64,000 nt of DNA from a virus, in the IMG/VR virus record IMGVR_UViG_3300017917_001914, positions 1 to 64,000 of that record; one strand, 5' to 3'. Below the pieces are notes generated by a model. The model was not told the origin of the DNA. It did not search any database and worked only from the letters and a program-made list of their open reading frames with translations. Position numbers and translations under genes: made by a program. This document shows positions 1-9,796 of the stretch, in pieces (the stretch's first letter is position 1; each line of letters starts with the position of its first letter).

Positions 1-75
1 GAATTAAAAGATGAGGATATTGTTCCGACTAATAAATCAGGATTACAATACTATCTTGAATTAAATAAAAAATAA
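1..75 (+). CDS. 3' end of an upstream gene (partial, unknown product)
   Basis: Frame 1 is open from the window edge (ELKDEDIVPTNKSGLQYYLELNKK) to TAA at 73-75. Confidence 0.4.
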   Translation, partial: ELKDEDIVPTNKSGLQYYLELNKK

Positions 76-106
76 AATTATTGGGTGATTTACCAATATT
101 GTAATT

Positions 107-529
107 ATGCAACAATCTATAACAATCAATAGTGTTAACTATGATGGGGAAATCGCTAACATCATTTTTAAACCGGACATTGAAGATATTACGATAAATT
201 TGGGGGAACAAATTCTCCCATTTTTATTTAGACCTTATTTGTTAACACCTCCAAGAGATGTTTATGGGGTCTACACTATTATAGTTAAGTTTAACGGGAT
301 TGAATGTCCGAACATTTTAAATGTTCCAAGACCAACCCCCACACCAACACCAACCCCAACAATGACAAGTACTCCGACACCAACATCAACATCAACACCT
401 ACTCCGACACCAACCGAAACAAAATGTGTTCCATTTCCAACACCAACACCGACAACAACCTCAACCTCAACACCTACTCCAACACCCACACCAACAACGA
501 CTTGTACCAACCCTTGTGGTTGTCCATAA
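107..529 (+). CDS. Small Pro/Thr-rich (mucin-like) putative virion protein
   Basis: About 70-aa globular N-terminus, then (PT)n and (ST)n tracts punctuated by Cys, ending CTNPCGCP; followed by a terminator hairpin. Confidence 0.75.
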   Translation: MQQSITINSVNYDGEIANIIFKPDIEDITINLGEQILPFLFRPYLLTPPRDVYGVYTIIVKFNGIECPNILNVPRPTPTPTPTPTMTSTPTPTSTSTPTPTPTETKCVPFPTPTPTTTSTSTPTPTPTPTTTCTNPCGCP

Positions 530-536
530 TAAAATT

Positions 537-568
537 AAATCCTCCAATAAAATGGGGGATTTTTTTTT
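537..568 (+). terminator. Intrinsic terminator
   Basis: aaatcctcca-ataaaa-tgggggattt stem followed by a T run. Confidence 0.7.
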
Positions 569-626
569 ACATAAGAAAAAAAAATATTGTTTTTAGTATT
601 GATGGGGCAAATACTCATTTCACAAG

Positions 627-634
627 TATTTATA
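627..634 (+). promoter_or_regulatory. TATTTATA putative late-promoter motif upstream of the fibre gene
   Basis: The same motif lies upstream of about 16 gene starts on the coding strand (see findings). Confidence 0.55.
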
Positions 635-658
635 GGATAAATAAGTTTATACATATAG

Positions 659-3600
659 ATGGCAAATATACCTATTTCACAGTTACCACAAGCATTTTCG
701 GCATATCCGGAATCCTTATTAGTCATAGTAAACTATGACCTGGTGACTACAGGACAAACAAATTACATATATTATTCAGCCTTAACCGCTCAATTTAGTG
801 CCGGTACATCGGGTACGTCAGGTACATCGGGCACATCCGGTACAAGTGGAAAAAGTTTTACTTGGAAAGGTGTTTGGTCGGCTTCAATTAATTATATTGA
901 AGGCGATGTGGTATACTATAATGGTAGTTCATATGTTGCGACAACAACAATACCTTCAGGTGGTTCTTCTCCTGATACTAATTTTAGTTGGGGTCTAATT
1001 GCTCAAGCGGGAACAAGTGGTACTGATGGTACGTCAGGAACAAGTGGTGATGACGGAACTTCAGGAACTAGTGGAGCAGATGGTACTTCCGGTACTAGCG
1101 GTGTAAATGGGACAAGTGGTTCTTCTGGTACATCGGGAGCAGGGGTTGCAAACTATTATGCAACATATAGTAGTTCCCAAACTCAATACGCAACATCGGC
1201 AAATACCGAATATATTGCGACTTATGATACAGTTGAAATTGAAAATGGGATTTCAATTATTGATGGGTCAAAAATCACGGTTCAATATAGTGGTATTTAC
1301 GAAATTGGGTACTCACCAATGGTTGAAAAAAAATTATTTAATGGTGACTTAGACGTTAATATTTGGTTAAAAGTAAATGGGAATAATGTTGATAGGTCAA
1401 ATAGTGTTGAAGGTTTTATAAATCCGGATATTAAAGCGTTACCGTATGTACAAACAATACTTCAATTAAATCAAGGAGATTATATTGAAATCGCCTATTC
1501 TGCAACTAAAACAGGAGTACAATTAACAGCTGTTAGTGGGCAGACATCTCCATTAATACCGGCAGCACCATCAATAATTGTTGATATTAAAAATGTTGGT
1601 GTGGCTGCGGTCGCATATACTTCAACATCAGGTACTTCAGGTACTCGAGGAACGTCAGGTACAAGTGGTTCGTCAGGTACAAGTGGTTCGTCAGGTATTA
1701 ACGGTACAAGTGGAACATCAGGTACAAGTGGTTCAGATGGTACTTCAGGCACAAGTGGAACATCAGGTACAAGTGGTTCAGATGGTACTTCAGGCACAAG
1801 TGGAACATCGGGAACAAGTGCGACATCAGGTACAAGTGGTTCTTCAGGTATTAATGGTACTTCAGGTACTAGCGGAACAAGTGGAACTTCAGGGACAAGT
1901 GGAACAACCGGAACATCAGGAACGAGTGGAACAACCGGAACATCAGGAACGAGTGGTACTTCAGGTTCAGATGGTACATCAGGTACTAGCGGAACATCAG
2001 GTACGGATGGTACATCAGGTACTAGCGGGACGGATGGAACTTCAGGGTCTAGTGGAACATCAGGTACGGACGGAACATCAGGTACTAGCGGTACTGACGG
2101 GACTTCAGGGACAAGTGGAACAGATGGTACGTCAGGTACATCAGGAACTGGTGGTTTAAATGGTACATCAGGTACGAGCGGTTCAGACGGAACTTCAGGT
2201 ACGAGTGGAACAGATGGAACTTCAGGTACAAGCGGTACGGATGGTACTTCAGGAACTAGCGGTACGGATGGAACTTCAGGAACTTCAGGTACAAGCGGTT
2301 CAGATGGAACTTCAGGAACAAGCGGTACGGATGGAACTTCAGGAACAAGCGGCACAGATGGTACTTCGGGAACTAGCGGAACAGATGGAACTTCAGGAAC
2401 TAGTGGTTCAGATGGGACTTCGGGTACGGATGGAACTTCAGGTACTAGTGGTACAGACGGAACTTCAGGTACTAGTGGAACGGATGGTACTTCGGGAACT
2501 AGCGGAACAGATGGTACTTCAGGTACGTCAGGAACTAGTGGTTCAGATGGTACATCAGGAACTAGTGGTACTTCAGGAACAAGCGGTACAGATGGTACTT
2601 CGGGTACATCAGGAACTAGTGGTACTTCAGGAACAGATGGTACTTCGGGTACTTCGGGTACGGACGGAACTTCAGGAACAAGCGGTACAGATGGTACTTC
2701 GGGTACTTCGGGTACGGACGGAACTTCAGGAACAAGTGGTACAGATGGTACATCAGGTACTAGTGGAACAGATGGTACTTCAGGAACAAGCGGTACGGAT
2801 GGTACTTCGGGAACTAGTGGTTCAGATGGTACTTCAGGTACTAGCGGGACAGATGGTACATCAGGTACTAGTGGAACAGATGGTACTTCGGGAACTAGCG
2901 GAACAGATGGAACTTCAGGAACTAGTGGTTCAGATGGGACTTCGGGTACAAGTGGAACTTCAGGAACAAGTGGTACAGATGGGACTTCAGGAACAAGCGG
3001 GACAACAGGTACTTCAGGTACAAGCGGTACGGACGGAACTTCAGGAACTAGTGGAACTTCAGGAACAGATGGTACTTCAGGTACTAGTGGAACTGATGGG
3101 ACTTCGGGTACAAGTGGAACTAGCGGAACAGATGGTACTTCAGGTACAGATGGTACTTCAGGGACTAGTGGAACAGATGGTACTTCAGGTACTAGTGGAA
3201 CAGATGGTACTTCAGGTACTAGTGGAACTGATGGGACTTCGGGTACAAGTGGTACTAGCGGAACAGATGGTACTTCGGGAACTAGCGGAACAGATGGAAC
3301 TTCAGGAACTAGCGGAACAGATGGGACTTCAGGAACTAGCGGGACAGATGGAACATCAGGAACTAGCGGTACTGATGGGACTTCAGGTACGAGTGGAACA
3401 AATGGTACATCAGGAACAAGCGGTACAGACGGAACTTCAGGAACTAGCGGTACGGATGGTACATCAGGAACTAGCGGTACGGATGGTACATCAGGTACTT
3501 CAGGAACGAGTGGTTCAGATGGTACATCGGGCAGTTCAGGTACGTCAGGAACTAGTGGTACATCAGGTTCAAGTGGAACAGATGGTACATCAGGAACTAG

Positions 3601-6600
3601 CGGTACATCAGGAACTAGCGGTACATCAGGAACAACAGGAACTTCTGGCACTAGTGGTTTAAGTGGTATCTCAGCGGGACTAACTTATTATTTCAATGAA
3701 AGTCAAAATTCTGATGTTTCAGGTTATAAAGTATTATCAACAATTCCTTCAAGTGCCACAACACAAACAGTTACAACGAATTTAACAGGAAGCCAACAAA
3801 ATGTATTGGTTTCCGATTATATAACACCTCAACTAGGTTTTGCAACAATACCTGCCGGTGTACAAAGATTTCATTTGCATTTCTTAAAACAAGCGAGTAA
3901 TGACGATATCGACGCTTATGTTGAAATACAATTAGCGGATTCAACAGGAACACCTATTGGGTCAACAATTACATCTAATGTTGCGTTAATTGGTTGGGTT
4001 AGTGCCGTAATACCGGTTGAACTTGTTGTTGATATTGTATTACCAACAACAACTATTGACCCAACAAATAGAATGATTGTTAGATTATATCTTAACAATA
4101 ATGATGCTGTTGCACATTCAGTGGTTTATTACACTGAAGGTAATTCGTATTATTCATTTGTTACAACATCAGTTGGTTCGGTCGCTGGAAGTGCGGGTAC
4201 AAGTGGTAGTTCAGGTACAAGTGGTTCAGACGGTACTTCGGGAACTAGTGGAACAGATGGTACTTCAGGCACAAGCGGAACAGATGGTACTTCAGGAACT
4301 TCAGGTACAACGGGTACATCAGGAACGAGTGGTTCAGACGGAACATCAGGAACTAGTGGTACATCAGGTACATCAGGAACTAGCGGAACAGATGGGACAT
4401 CAGGGACTAGTGGAACAGATGGAACATCAGGTACAACAGGTACTTCAGGAACTAGTGGTACAAGTGGTACAGATGGGACATCTGGTACGAGCGGAACTAC
4501 AGGTACTTCAGGTACTTCAGGTACAAGTGGTTCAGACGGAACATCAGGAACTAGCGGTACATCAGGTACATCAGGCTCAAGTGCAACATCAGGAACTTCA
4601 GGTTCAAGTGCGACATCAGGAACTTCAGGTACAAGTGCAACGTCAGGAACATCGGGTACAAGTGCAACGTCAGGAACATCTGGTACGAGCGGAACTACAG
4701 GTACTTCAGGTACTTCAGGTTCGAGTGCGACATCAGGTACTTCAGGTTCGAGTGCGACATCAGGAACTTCAGGTACAAGTGCAACTTCAGGAACATCGGG
4801 TTCTTCAGGTGTTAATGGAACATCAGGAACAAGTGGAACATCAGGTACATCAGGTACATCAGGAACATCAGGTTCGAGTGGTATTTCTCCAACAGGTTTA
4901 GTTGCCTCTAATTATGTTGCTAAAGGTTACAAAAACGGAAGTGCTCAAACTATTCCAAACAACACGGATACAGTTGTAACATTTATAGATGATTTTGACC
5001 CTCAAGGTTGGATTACATCTAATAAATTTCAACCAACAATTGAAGGGTATTACCATATTCAAGTTGCAGTATGGTGGGATGCAGGTTCTGTTACTAATAA
5101 CCAAAATAATATTCAAGTTAGAAAAAATGGTAGTACTCAAGTTGCTATTCAACAAGCTCAAATTTTAACAGGTTCTGGATATGGTCAAGAAATTGATATT
5201 ATAATATATTTTAATGGTACTACAGATTACATTGAAGTAACAGCATTTACTGGTAACCCAACATCTCAAAATATAAATGGTGCTAGTTCAGGTACTTGGA
5301 TTACCGGAGCATTGATTGTGGGTGGTGGTTCATCAGGTACATCGGGAACATCAGGAAGTAGTGGTACAACAGGTACAAGTGGAACTTCAGGTTCATCAGG
5401 AGCCAATGGTTCTTCAGGTACAAGCGGAACAACAGGTACTTCAGGAACTTCAGGTTCAAGTGCTACTTCAGGAACTTCAGGTACAACAGGTACTTCGGGA
5501 ACAAGTGGTTCGTCAGGTGTTAACGGAACTTCAGGTACATCAGGAACTACGGGTACAAGTGGAACTTCAGGTTCTTCTGCAACAAGTGGAACTTCAGGTT
5601 CATCAGGAGCTAATGGTTCTTCAGGAACTAGTGGAACAACCGGTACATCAGGTACAAGCGGTTCGTCAGGTGCTAATGGTTCTTCAGGAACTAGCGGAAC
5701 AACCGGTACAAGTGGAACATCAGGTTCAAGTGCGACTTCGGGGACATCAGGTTCTTCAGGAGCGAATGGTAGTTCAGGAACTAGCGGTACAACCGGTACA
5801 AGTGGAACATCGGGTTCAAGTGCAACATCAGGAACGTCAGGTTCATCAGGAGCCAATGGTAGTTCAGGAACTAGTGGAACAACGGGTACTTCGGGAACGA
5901 GCGGGTCAAGTGGAACATCCGGTTCATCAGGAGCCAATGGTTCTTCAGGAACAACAGGTACTTCGGGTACAAGTGGTTCAAGTGCAACTTCGGGAACATC
6001 AGGTTCTTCAGGAGCGAATGGTTCTTCGGGAACTAGCGGAACAACAGGAACAAGTGGTACGTCAGGTTCTTCAGGTACAAGTGGTTCTTCGGGAGCAAAT
6101 GGTTCTTCAGGAACTTCAGGTTCATCAGGAGCAAATGGTTCAAGTGGTACTTCAGGTTCTTCAGGAGCAAATGGTAGTTCAGGAACTAGCGGGACAACCG
6201 GTACTTCAGGAACATCAGGAGCGAATGGTAGTTCAGGTACTAGCGGAACAACAGGTACTTCAGGTACTAGAGGTACAAGTGGGACTTCAGGTTCATCGGG
6301 GGCAAATGGTAGTTCAGGAACATCAGGTTCGTCGGGAGCGAATGGTTCAAGTGGTACTTCAGGAACTAGAGGAACTAGTGGTACATCAGGTTCATCAGGT
6401 GCTAATGGTAGTTCAGGAACAAGTGGAACATCAGGTACTTCAGGTTCGTCAGGTGTTAATGGTAGTTCAGGAACATCAGGTACTTCAGGAGCTAATGGTA
6501 GTTCAGGAACATCAGGTACTTCAGGAACAAGTGGAACTACAGGAACATCCGGAACAAGTGGTTTATCAGGTGTTAACGGAACTAGTGGTACTTCAGGTGC

Positions 6601-8680
6601 TAATGGTGCAAATGGTAGTTCAGGTACAAGCGGAACATCAGGTTCATCAGGTACAAGTCCGGGTGGTTCTCCAGCAGTTATTATCTTAGGTGGTGGTACA
6701 TTATCATCAGTTAGATGTGGTGTAAGTAATGCTTCAACAGGAAACTGTTCCGCATCTTTAGGTGGTACTCTAAATAGTAGTGTTGGTAATTTTAGTGTTG
6801 TTGTTGGTGGTTGTTCTAATACTGCCAACGCCGGTTATTCGGTTGTTGTTGGTGGTAGACAAAATACTTCTTGTTGTTTTGGATTTATTGGTGGTGGATG
6901 TTTAAACGTACTTGTGAGTTCACCAAATTACTCATCAATTGTTGGAGGATGTAAAAATACTATTAATGCTGCTTGTTCTGTTATTGTTGGTGGTGTAGTA
7001 AATACTGTGGCTATATCTCATTCATTTATAGGTGGAGGGCAAGACCATCAAATTACAACTCAAGCACATTCAACAATTGGTGGAGGTCGAAAAAATTGTA
7101 TAACAAGTTGTGCTGGATTTATTGGAGGTGGTTTTTGTAATACAATTTCTAACAAATACTCAACAATTGGTGGTGGTATTTCTAATACATTATCAGGTTA
7201 TCAAGCGTCTATTTTAGGTGGTGCTGGTAACACATCTTCAGGTCAACAATCGGTTATTGGAGGTGGATGTTCTAATATAGTATCAGGTACTCGTTCAGTT
7301 ATTGGTGGTGGTTCTTCAAATTGTGTGACTGATACAGCATCCTCAATATTAGGTGGCGAATCTAACTGTGTTACAGGTAAAAATGGGAATGCTATTATTG
7401 GTGGATGTAAGAATTCTATTAATCAAAGTTCAGGTAATTCTAATATTGGCGGAGGTGTTTCTAATACGATAGCCGCTTCTTATAGTAGTTTAATTGGTGG
7501 TGGTTATAAAAATTATATAGCGGCAAGTCTTTGTTCTCTTATTGTTGGTGGTCGAAATCATTATATCAAAGCAAATTGTTCATTTATTGGTGGTGGTTGT
7601 GGAAACAATGTAACTGGTAACTTATCAACAATTGTTGGTGGTAGGAAAAATTTTATAAATACGACTAATTCTGTAATTGTCGGAGGTGCAGTAAATTGTG
7701 TATGTTACACTTATTCATTCATTGGTGGTGGTTATCAAAATATTGTTAATTCCTCTTGTAGTACTATTGGTGGTGGATATAGAGCATGTATTATTGGAGG
7801 TGGTTATTCAAAATTTGGAACAATTGGTGGTGGTGGGGCTAACTATATAGCAAATAGTTATTCGTCTATTATTGGTGGTGGGATTCTTAATTGTATTTGG
7901 TTAACTAGTGGTAGTAATCCGGGTAATACAGCGTGTAATAATTCAATATTAGGTGGTAAAGGTAATCATATTAAAGAAACAAATGGTTATTCTTATGTAC
8001 GTTTAAGACATAATACTATTACAGGTGGTGAAGCAAATTGTATTCGAAATATTGCGGCTAGTACCGATGTTGATGGTAATTTTATTGGTGGTGGTACTAA
8101 TAATCTTATAGAAGCAACAAGATGTTCAGTTATTGTTGGTGGTTATAAAAATATTATTAACGGAAAGAACGCTTATAACTTTAATAGTATTTTAGGTGGT
8201 AGTTATAATATAATATCAGGTAATTACTATAACTCACATATTATTGGTAGTAATCGTACTGCAAATGCTAGTAACACAACTTTCGTTAACTATTTAGATA
8301 AACAAGGTGGAACATTTAGTATTGACCACCCAAATCCGAGTTTAAGTTGTACTTTAAGATTAAATCACTCATTTGTTGAATCCCCAACTGCCGGTGATAA
8401 CTTATATAGATATATTGTTGTTACTTCAGGAGGAACAGCAACAATTGAATTACCGGATTATTTCCAATATCTGAATAAAGATGTTCAAATATGGGTAACA
8501 CCAACTGATAGTTTTGCGATTGGTTATGGTAAAATAAATGAAAGTTATACTGAAGTTACAATTTATGGTAATCAAGATGTTGAATTTAATGTTTTAATTG
8601 TTGGTACAAGAAAAGATAAAAACACTAAATTTTGGAAAGGTGTTGAAACACCTCAACCGAATAAATGTAATGATGTTTAA
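659..8680 (+). CDS. Giant collagen-like (Gly-Thr-Ser/Asp)n fibre protein with C1q-like domains, GG-repeat head and C-terminal fibre domain
   Basis: Long G-X-Y blocks; CBM5/12-like WKGVWSASINYIEGDVVYYNGSSY; two C1q/TNF-like domains (SGIYEIGYS...WLKVNG...LQLNQGDYIEI and EGYYHIQVAV...VRKNG...YFNGTTDYIEV); about 15-aa IGGG-x-N repeats; C-terminal FSIDHP...HSFVESP motif typical of fibre tips. Confidence 0.85.
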   Translation: MANIPISQLPQAFSAYPESLLVIVNYDLVTTGQTNYIYYSALTAQFSAGTSGTSGTSGTSGTSGKSFTWKGVWSASINYIEGDVVYYNGSSYVATTTIPSGGSSPDTNFSWGLIAQAGTSGTDGTSGTSGDDGTSGTSGADGTSGTSGVNGTSGSSGTSGAGVANYYATYSSSQTQYATSANTEYIATYDTVEIENGISIIDGSKITVQYSGIYEIGYSPMVEKKLFNGDLDVNIWLKVNGNNVDRSNSVEGFINPDIKALPYVQTILQLNQGDYIEIAYSATKTGVQLTAVSGQTSPLIPAAPSIIVDIKNVGVAAVAYTSTSGTSGTRGTSGTSGSSGTSGSSGINGTSGTSGTSGSDGTSGTSGTSGTSGSDGTSGTSGTSGTSATSGTSGSSGINGTSGTSGTSGTSGTSGTTGTSGTSGTTGTSGTSGTSGSDGTSGTSGTSGTDGTSGTSGTDGTSGSSGTSGTDGTSGTSGTDGTSGTSGTDGTSGTSGTGGLNGTSGTSGSDGTSGTSGTDGTSGTSGTDGTSGTSGTDGTSGTSGTSGSDGTSGTSGTDGTSGTSGTDGTSGTSGTDGTSGTSGSDGTSGTDGTSGTSGTDGTSGTSGTDGTSGTSGTDGTSGTSGTSGSDGTSGTSGTSGTSGTDGTSGTSGTSGTSGTDGTSGTSGTDGTSGTSGTDGTSGTSGTDGTSGTSGTDGTSGTSGTDGTSGTSGTDGTSGTSGSDGTSGTSGTDGTSGTSGTDGTSGTSGTDGTSGTSGSDGTSGTSGTSGTSGTDGTSGTSGTTGTSGTSGTDGTSGTSGTSGTDGTSGTSGTDGTSGTSGTSGTDGTSGTDGTSGTSGTDGTSGTSGTDGTSGTSGTDGTSGTSGTSGTDGTSGTSGTDGTSGTSGTDGTSGTSGTDGTSGTSGTDGTSGTSGTNGTSGTSGTDGTSGTSGTDGTSGTSGTDGTSGTSGTSGSDGTSGSSGTSGTSGTSGSSGTDGTSGTSGTSGTSGTSGTTGTSGTSGLSGISAGLTYYFNESQNSDVSGYKVLSTIPSSATTQTVTTNLTGSQQNVLVSDYITPQLGFATIPAGVQRFHLHFLKQASNDDIDAYVEIQLADSTGTPIGSTITSNVALIGWVSAVIPVELVVDIVLPTTTIDPTNRMIVRLYLNNNDAVAHSVVYYTEGNSYYSFVTTSVGSVAGSAGTSGSSGTSGSDGTSGTSGTDGTSGTSGTDGTSGTSGTTGTSGTSGSDGTSGTSGTSGTSGTSGTDGTSGTSGTDGTSGTTGTSGTSGTSGTDGTSGTSGTTGTSGTSGTSGSDGTSGTSGTSGTSGSSATSGTSGSSATSGTSGTSATSGTSGTSATSGTSGTSGTTGTSGTSGSSATSGTSGSSATSGTSGTSATSGTSGSSGVNGTSGTSGTSGTSGTSGTSGSSGISPTGLVASNYVAKGYKNGSAQTIPNNTDTVVTFIDDFDPQGWITSNKFQPTIEGYYHIQVAVWWDAGSVTNNQNNIQVRKNGSTQVAIQQAQILTGSGYGQEIDIIIYFNGTTDYIEVTAFTGNPTSQNINGASSGTWITGALIVGGGSSGTSGTSGSSGTTGTSGTSGSSGANGSSGTSGTTGTSGTSGSSATSGTSGTTGTSGTSGSSGVNGTSGTSGTTGTSGTSGSSATSGTSGSSGANGSSGTSGTTGTSGTSGSSGANGSSGTSGTTGTSGTSGSSATSGTSGSSGANGSSGTSGTTGTSGTSGSSATSGTSGSSGANGSSGTSGTTGTSGTSGSSGTSGSSGANGSSGTTGTSGTSGSSATSGTSGSSGANGSSGTSGTTGTSGTSGSSGTSGSSGANGSSGTSGSSGANGSSGTSGSSGANGSSGTSGTTGTSGTSGANGSSGTSGTTGTSGTRGTSGTSGSSGANGSSGTSGSSGANGSSGTSGTRGTSGTSGSSGANGSSGTSGTSGTSGSSGVNGSSGTSGTSGANGSSGTSGTSGTSGTTGTSGTSGLSGVNGTSGTSGANGANGSSGTSGTSGSSGTSPGGSPAVIILGGGTLSSVRCGVSNASTGNCSASLGGTLNSSVGNFSVVVGGCSNTANAGYSVVVGGRQNTSCCFGFIGGGCLNVLVSSPNYSSIVGGCKNTINAACSVIVGGVVNTVAISHSFIGGGQDHQITTQAHSTIGGGRKNCITSCAGFIGGGFCNTISNKYSTIGGGISNTLSGYQASILGGAGNTSSGQQSVIGGGCSNIVSGTRSVIGGGSSNCVTDTASSILGGESNCVTGKNGNAIIGGCKNSINQSSGNSNIGGGVSNTIAASYSSLIGGGYKNYIAASLCSLIVGGRNHYIKANCSFIGGGCGNNVTGNLSTIVGGRKNFINTTNSVIVGGAVNCVCYTYSFIGGGYQNIVNSSCSTIGGGYRACIIGGGYSKFGTIGGGGANYIANSYSSIIGGGILNCIWLTSGSNPGNTACNNSILGGKGNHIKETNGYSYVRLRHNTITGGEANCIRNIAASTDVDGNFIGGGTNNLIEATRCSVIVGGYKNIINGKNAYNFNSILGGSYNIISGNYYNSHIIGSNRTANASNTTFVNYLDKQGGTFSIDHPNPSLSCTLRLNHSFVESPTAGDNLYRYIVVTSGGTATIELPDYFQYLNKDVQIWVTPTDSFAIGYGKINESYTEVTIYGNQDVEFNVLIVGTRKDKNTKFWKGVETPQPNKCNDV
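1625..3670 (+). repeat. Degenerate 9-bp-unit repeat encoding (GTS/GTD)n, longest block
   Basis: About 680 codons of TSGTSGTDG with variable third codon positions. Confidence 0.95.
4190..4885 (+). repeat. (GTS/GTD/ATS)n repeat block
   Basis: Direct translation. Confidence 0.9.
5325..6660 (+). repeat. (GTS/GSS/GAN)n repeat block
   Basis: Direct translation; SSGANGSSGTSG units. Confidence 0.9.
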
Positions 8681-8689
8681 TAATAATTT

Positions 8690-8720
8690 AATCCCCTCCG
8701 ATATAGAGGGGATTTTTATT
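8690..8720 (+). terminator. Intrinsic terminator after the fibre gene
   Basis: aatcccctc-cgatata-gaggggatt followed by a T-rich tail. Confidence 0.75.
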
Positions 8721-8761
8721 TACAACTAACATAAAATTATTATTTTTTAGGAAAAACTATA

Positions 8762-9796
8762 ATGAAATTATGTGTTATAACTAATTACCAAAATAAAGGG
8801 TATATTAATGAAATTATTGCTTTTGATAAAATTTTAAATTCTTTGAGTATACCTCATAACGATGTTTATAATTTTAACTTACCTAATATAACTTACCAAA
8901 TAAATAAAACCTACACACACGCTTTAATATTTTTAGATTACAAAATTAGTAGTATTGAACTTTACAAACAATTTTTTAAAGAACTACAAATACCAAAAAT
9001 TTTTATAATAGATTCAATACCTCATCATAATAAAGAACTTAATGATGAGTTTATTAAGATAAACGTTAATGGGATGGTAAATAACTTTTGTGGATTACCA
9101 ATTAACTATCAGTTATTAATTTACGACAATTATGCCGATGGGTTTATATTTTTTAATGATAATGATGTAAATTTATTTCAAAGTTATTATCAATTAACCA
9201 AACCCAAACCCGCTTTAGTAATATCCCCACCTTTAGGTGATATTAAGGATATTAAAATAAATTTTGATAATATGACACCCAATAAAAATATTGGGTTTAA
9301 TGGGTATCCTTCATATCAATCCGGAATGTTTAATTTATTAAATCTAATTAAATTTAACCCAAAATATAATTTAAATTTATATGGTGCACATGGAAGAGAT
9401 GAGGTTTTAAATGAAATGATAGCTAACCATTTAACCTCAACAAGTAATAGGATTAGATTTAAAGGTAGATTGAAAAACGATGAAAAATTCTTTAAAGAAA
9501 ACTACATATATTCTAACTTATCAATATATGATACTTTTGATTATTATACTTTTTTTAGTTTATTAAATGGGTCAGTTCCAATTATTAGTAATACTTCGGG
9601 AACATCTTTATTTTTTAAATCGTATCCATTCATTGTTAATAATACGGTGGACTCAATGTCTAATGTGTTAGAAGTGATTAATACAACTTCTGTTAATGAC
9701 ATGAAAGAAATTTTAAATAATGCTCTTGAGGGTATTAAACATTTAAACAATGACAATGTTAGTCAACAATATATAAAATTTATAAATTCATTGTGA
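8762..9796 (+). CDS. GT4/GT-B fold glycosyltransferase-like protein (divergent)
   Basis: C-terminal half follows the GT4 pattern: IGFNG...KYNLNLYG...RIRFKG...SIYDTFDYYTFFSLLNGSVPIISNTSG. Confidence 0.55.
   Translation: MKLCVITNYQNKGYINEIIAFDKILNSLSIPHNDVYNFNLPNITYQINKTYTHALIFLDYKISSIELYKQFFKELQIPKIFIIDSIPHHNKELNDEFIKINVNGMVNNFCGLPINYQLLIYDNYADGFIFFNDNDVNLFQSYYQLTKPKPALVISPPLGDIKDIKINFDNMTPNKNIGFNGYPSYQSGMFNLLNLIKFNPKYNLNLYGAHGRDEVLNEMIANHLTSTSNRIRFKGRLKNDEKFFKENYIYSNLSIYDTFDYYTFFSLLNGSVPIISNTSGTSLFFKSYPFIVNNTVDSMSNVLEVINTTSVNDMKEILNNALEGIKHLNNDNVSQQYIKFINSL

Noticed and set aside
29-738. ORFs 29-211, 271-510, 304-738 and 535-726
   Set aside because: Overlap the PT-repeat gene, terminator and promoter region; they are low-complexity shadows
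1625-6660. Possible CRISPR array or DNA satellite
   Set aside because: No constant repeat with unique spacers; variation falls mainly at synonymous positions of a coding frame
1495-6828. Long alternative-frame and antisense ORFs (1495-3651, 1578-3662, 4077-4901, 5266-6828, 5316-6689) encoding VPEVP or QVQVV repeats
   Set aside because: Shadows of the GTS repeat, whose codons lack stops in other frames; they begin and end with the repeat blocks
6670-8680. Diversity-generating retroelement target in the fibre tip
   Set aside because: No reverse transcriptase and no template/variable repeat pair visible in this window
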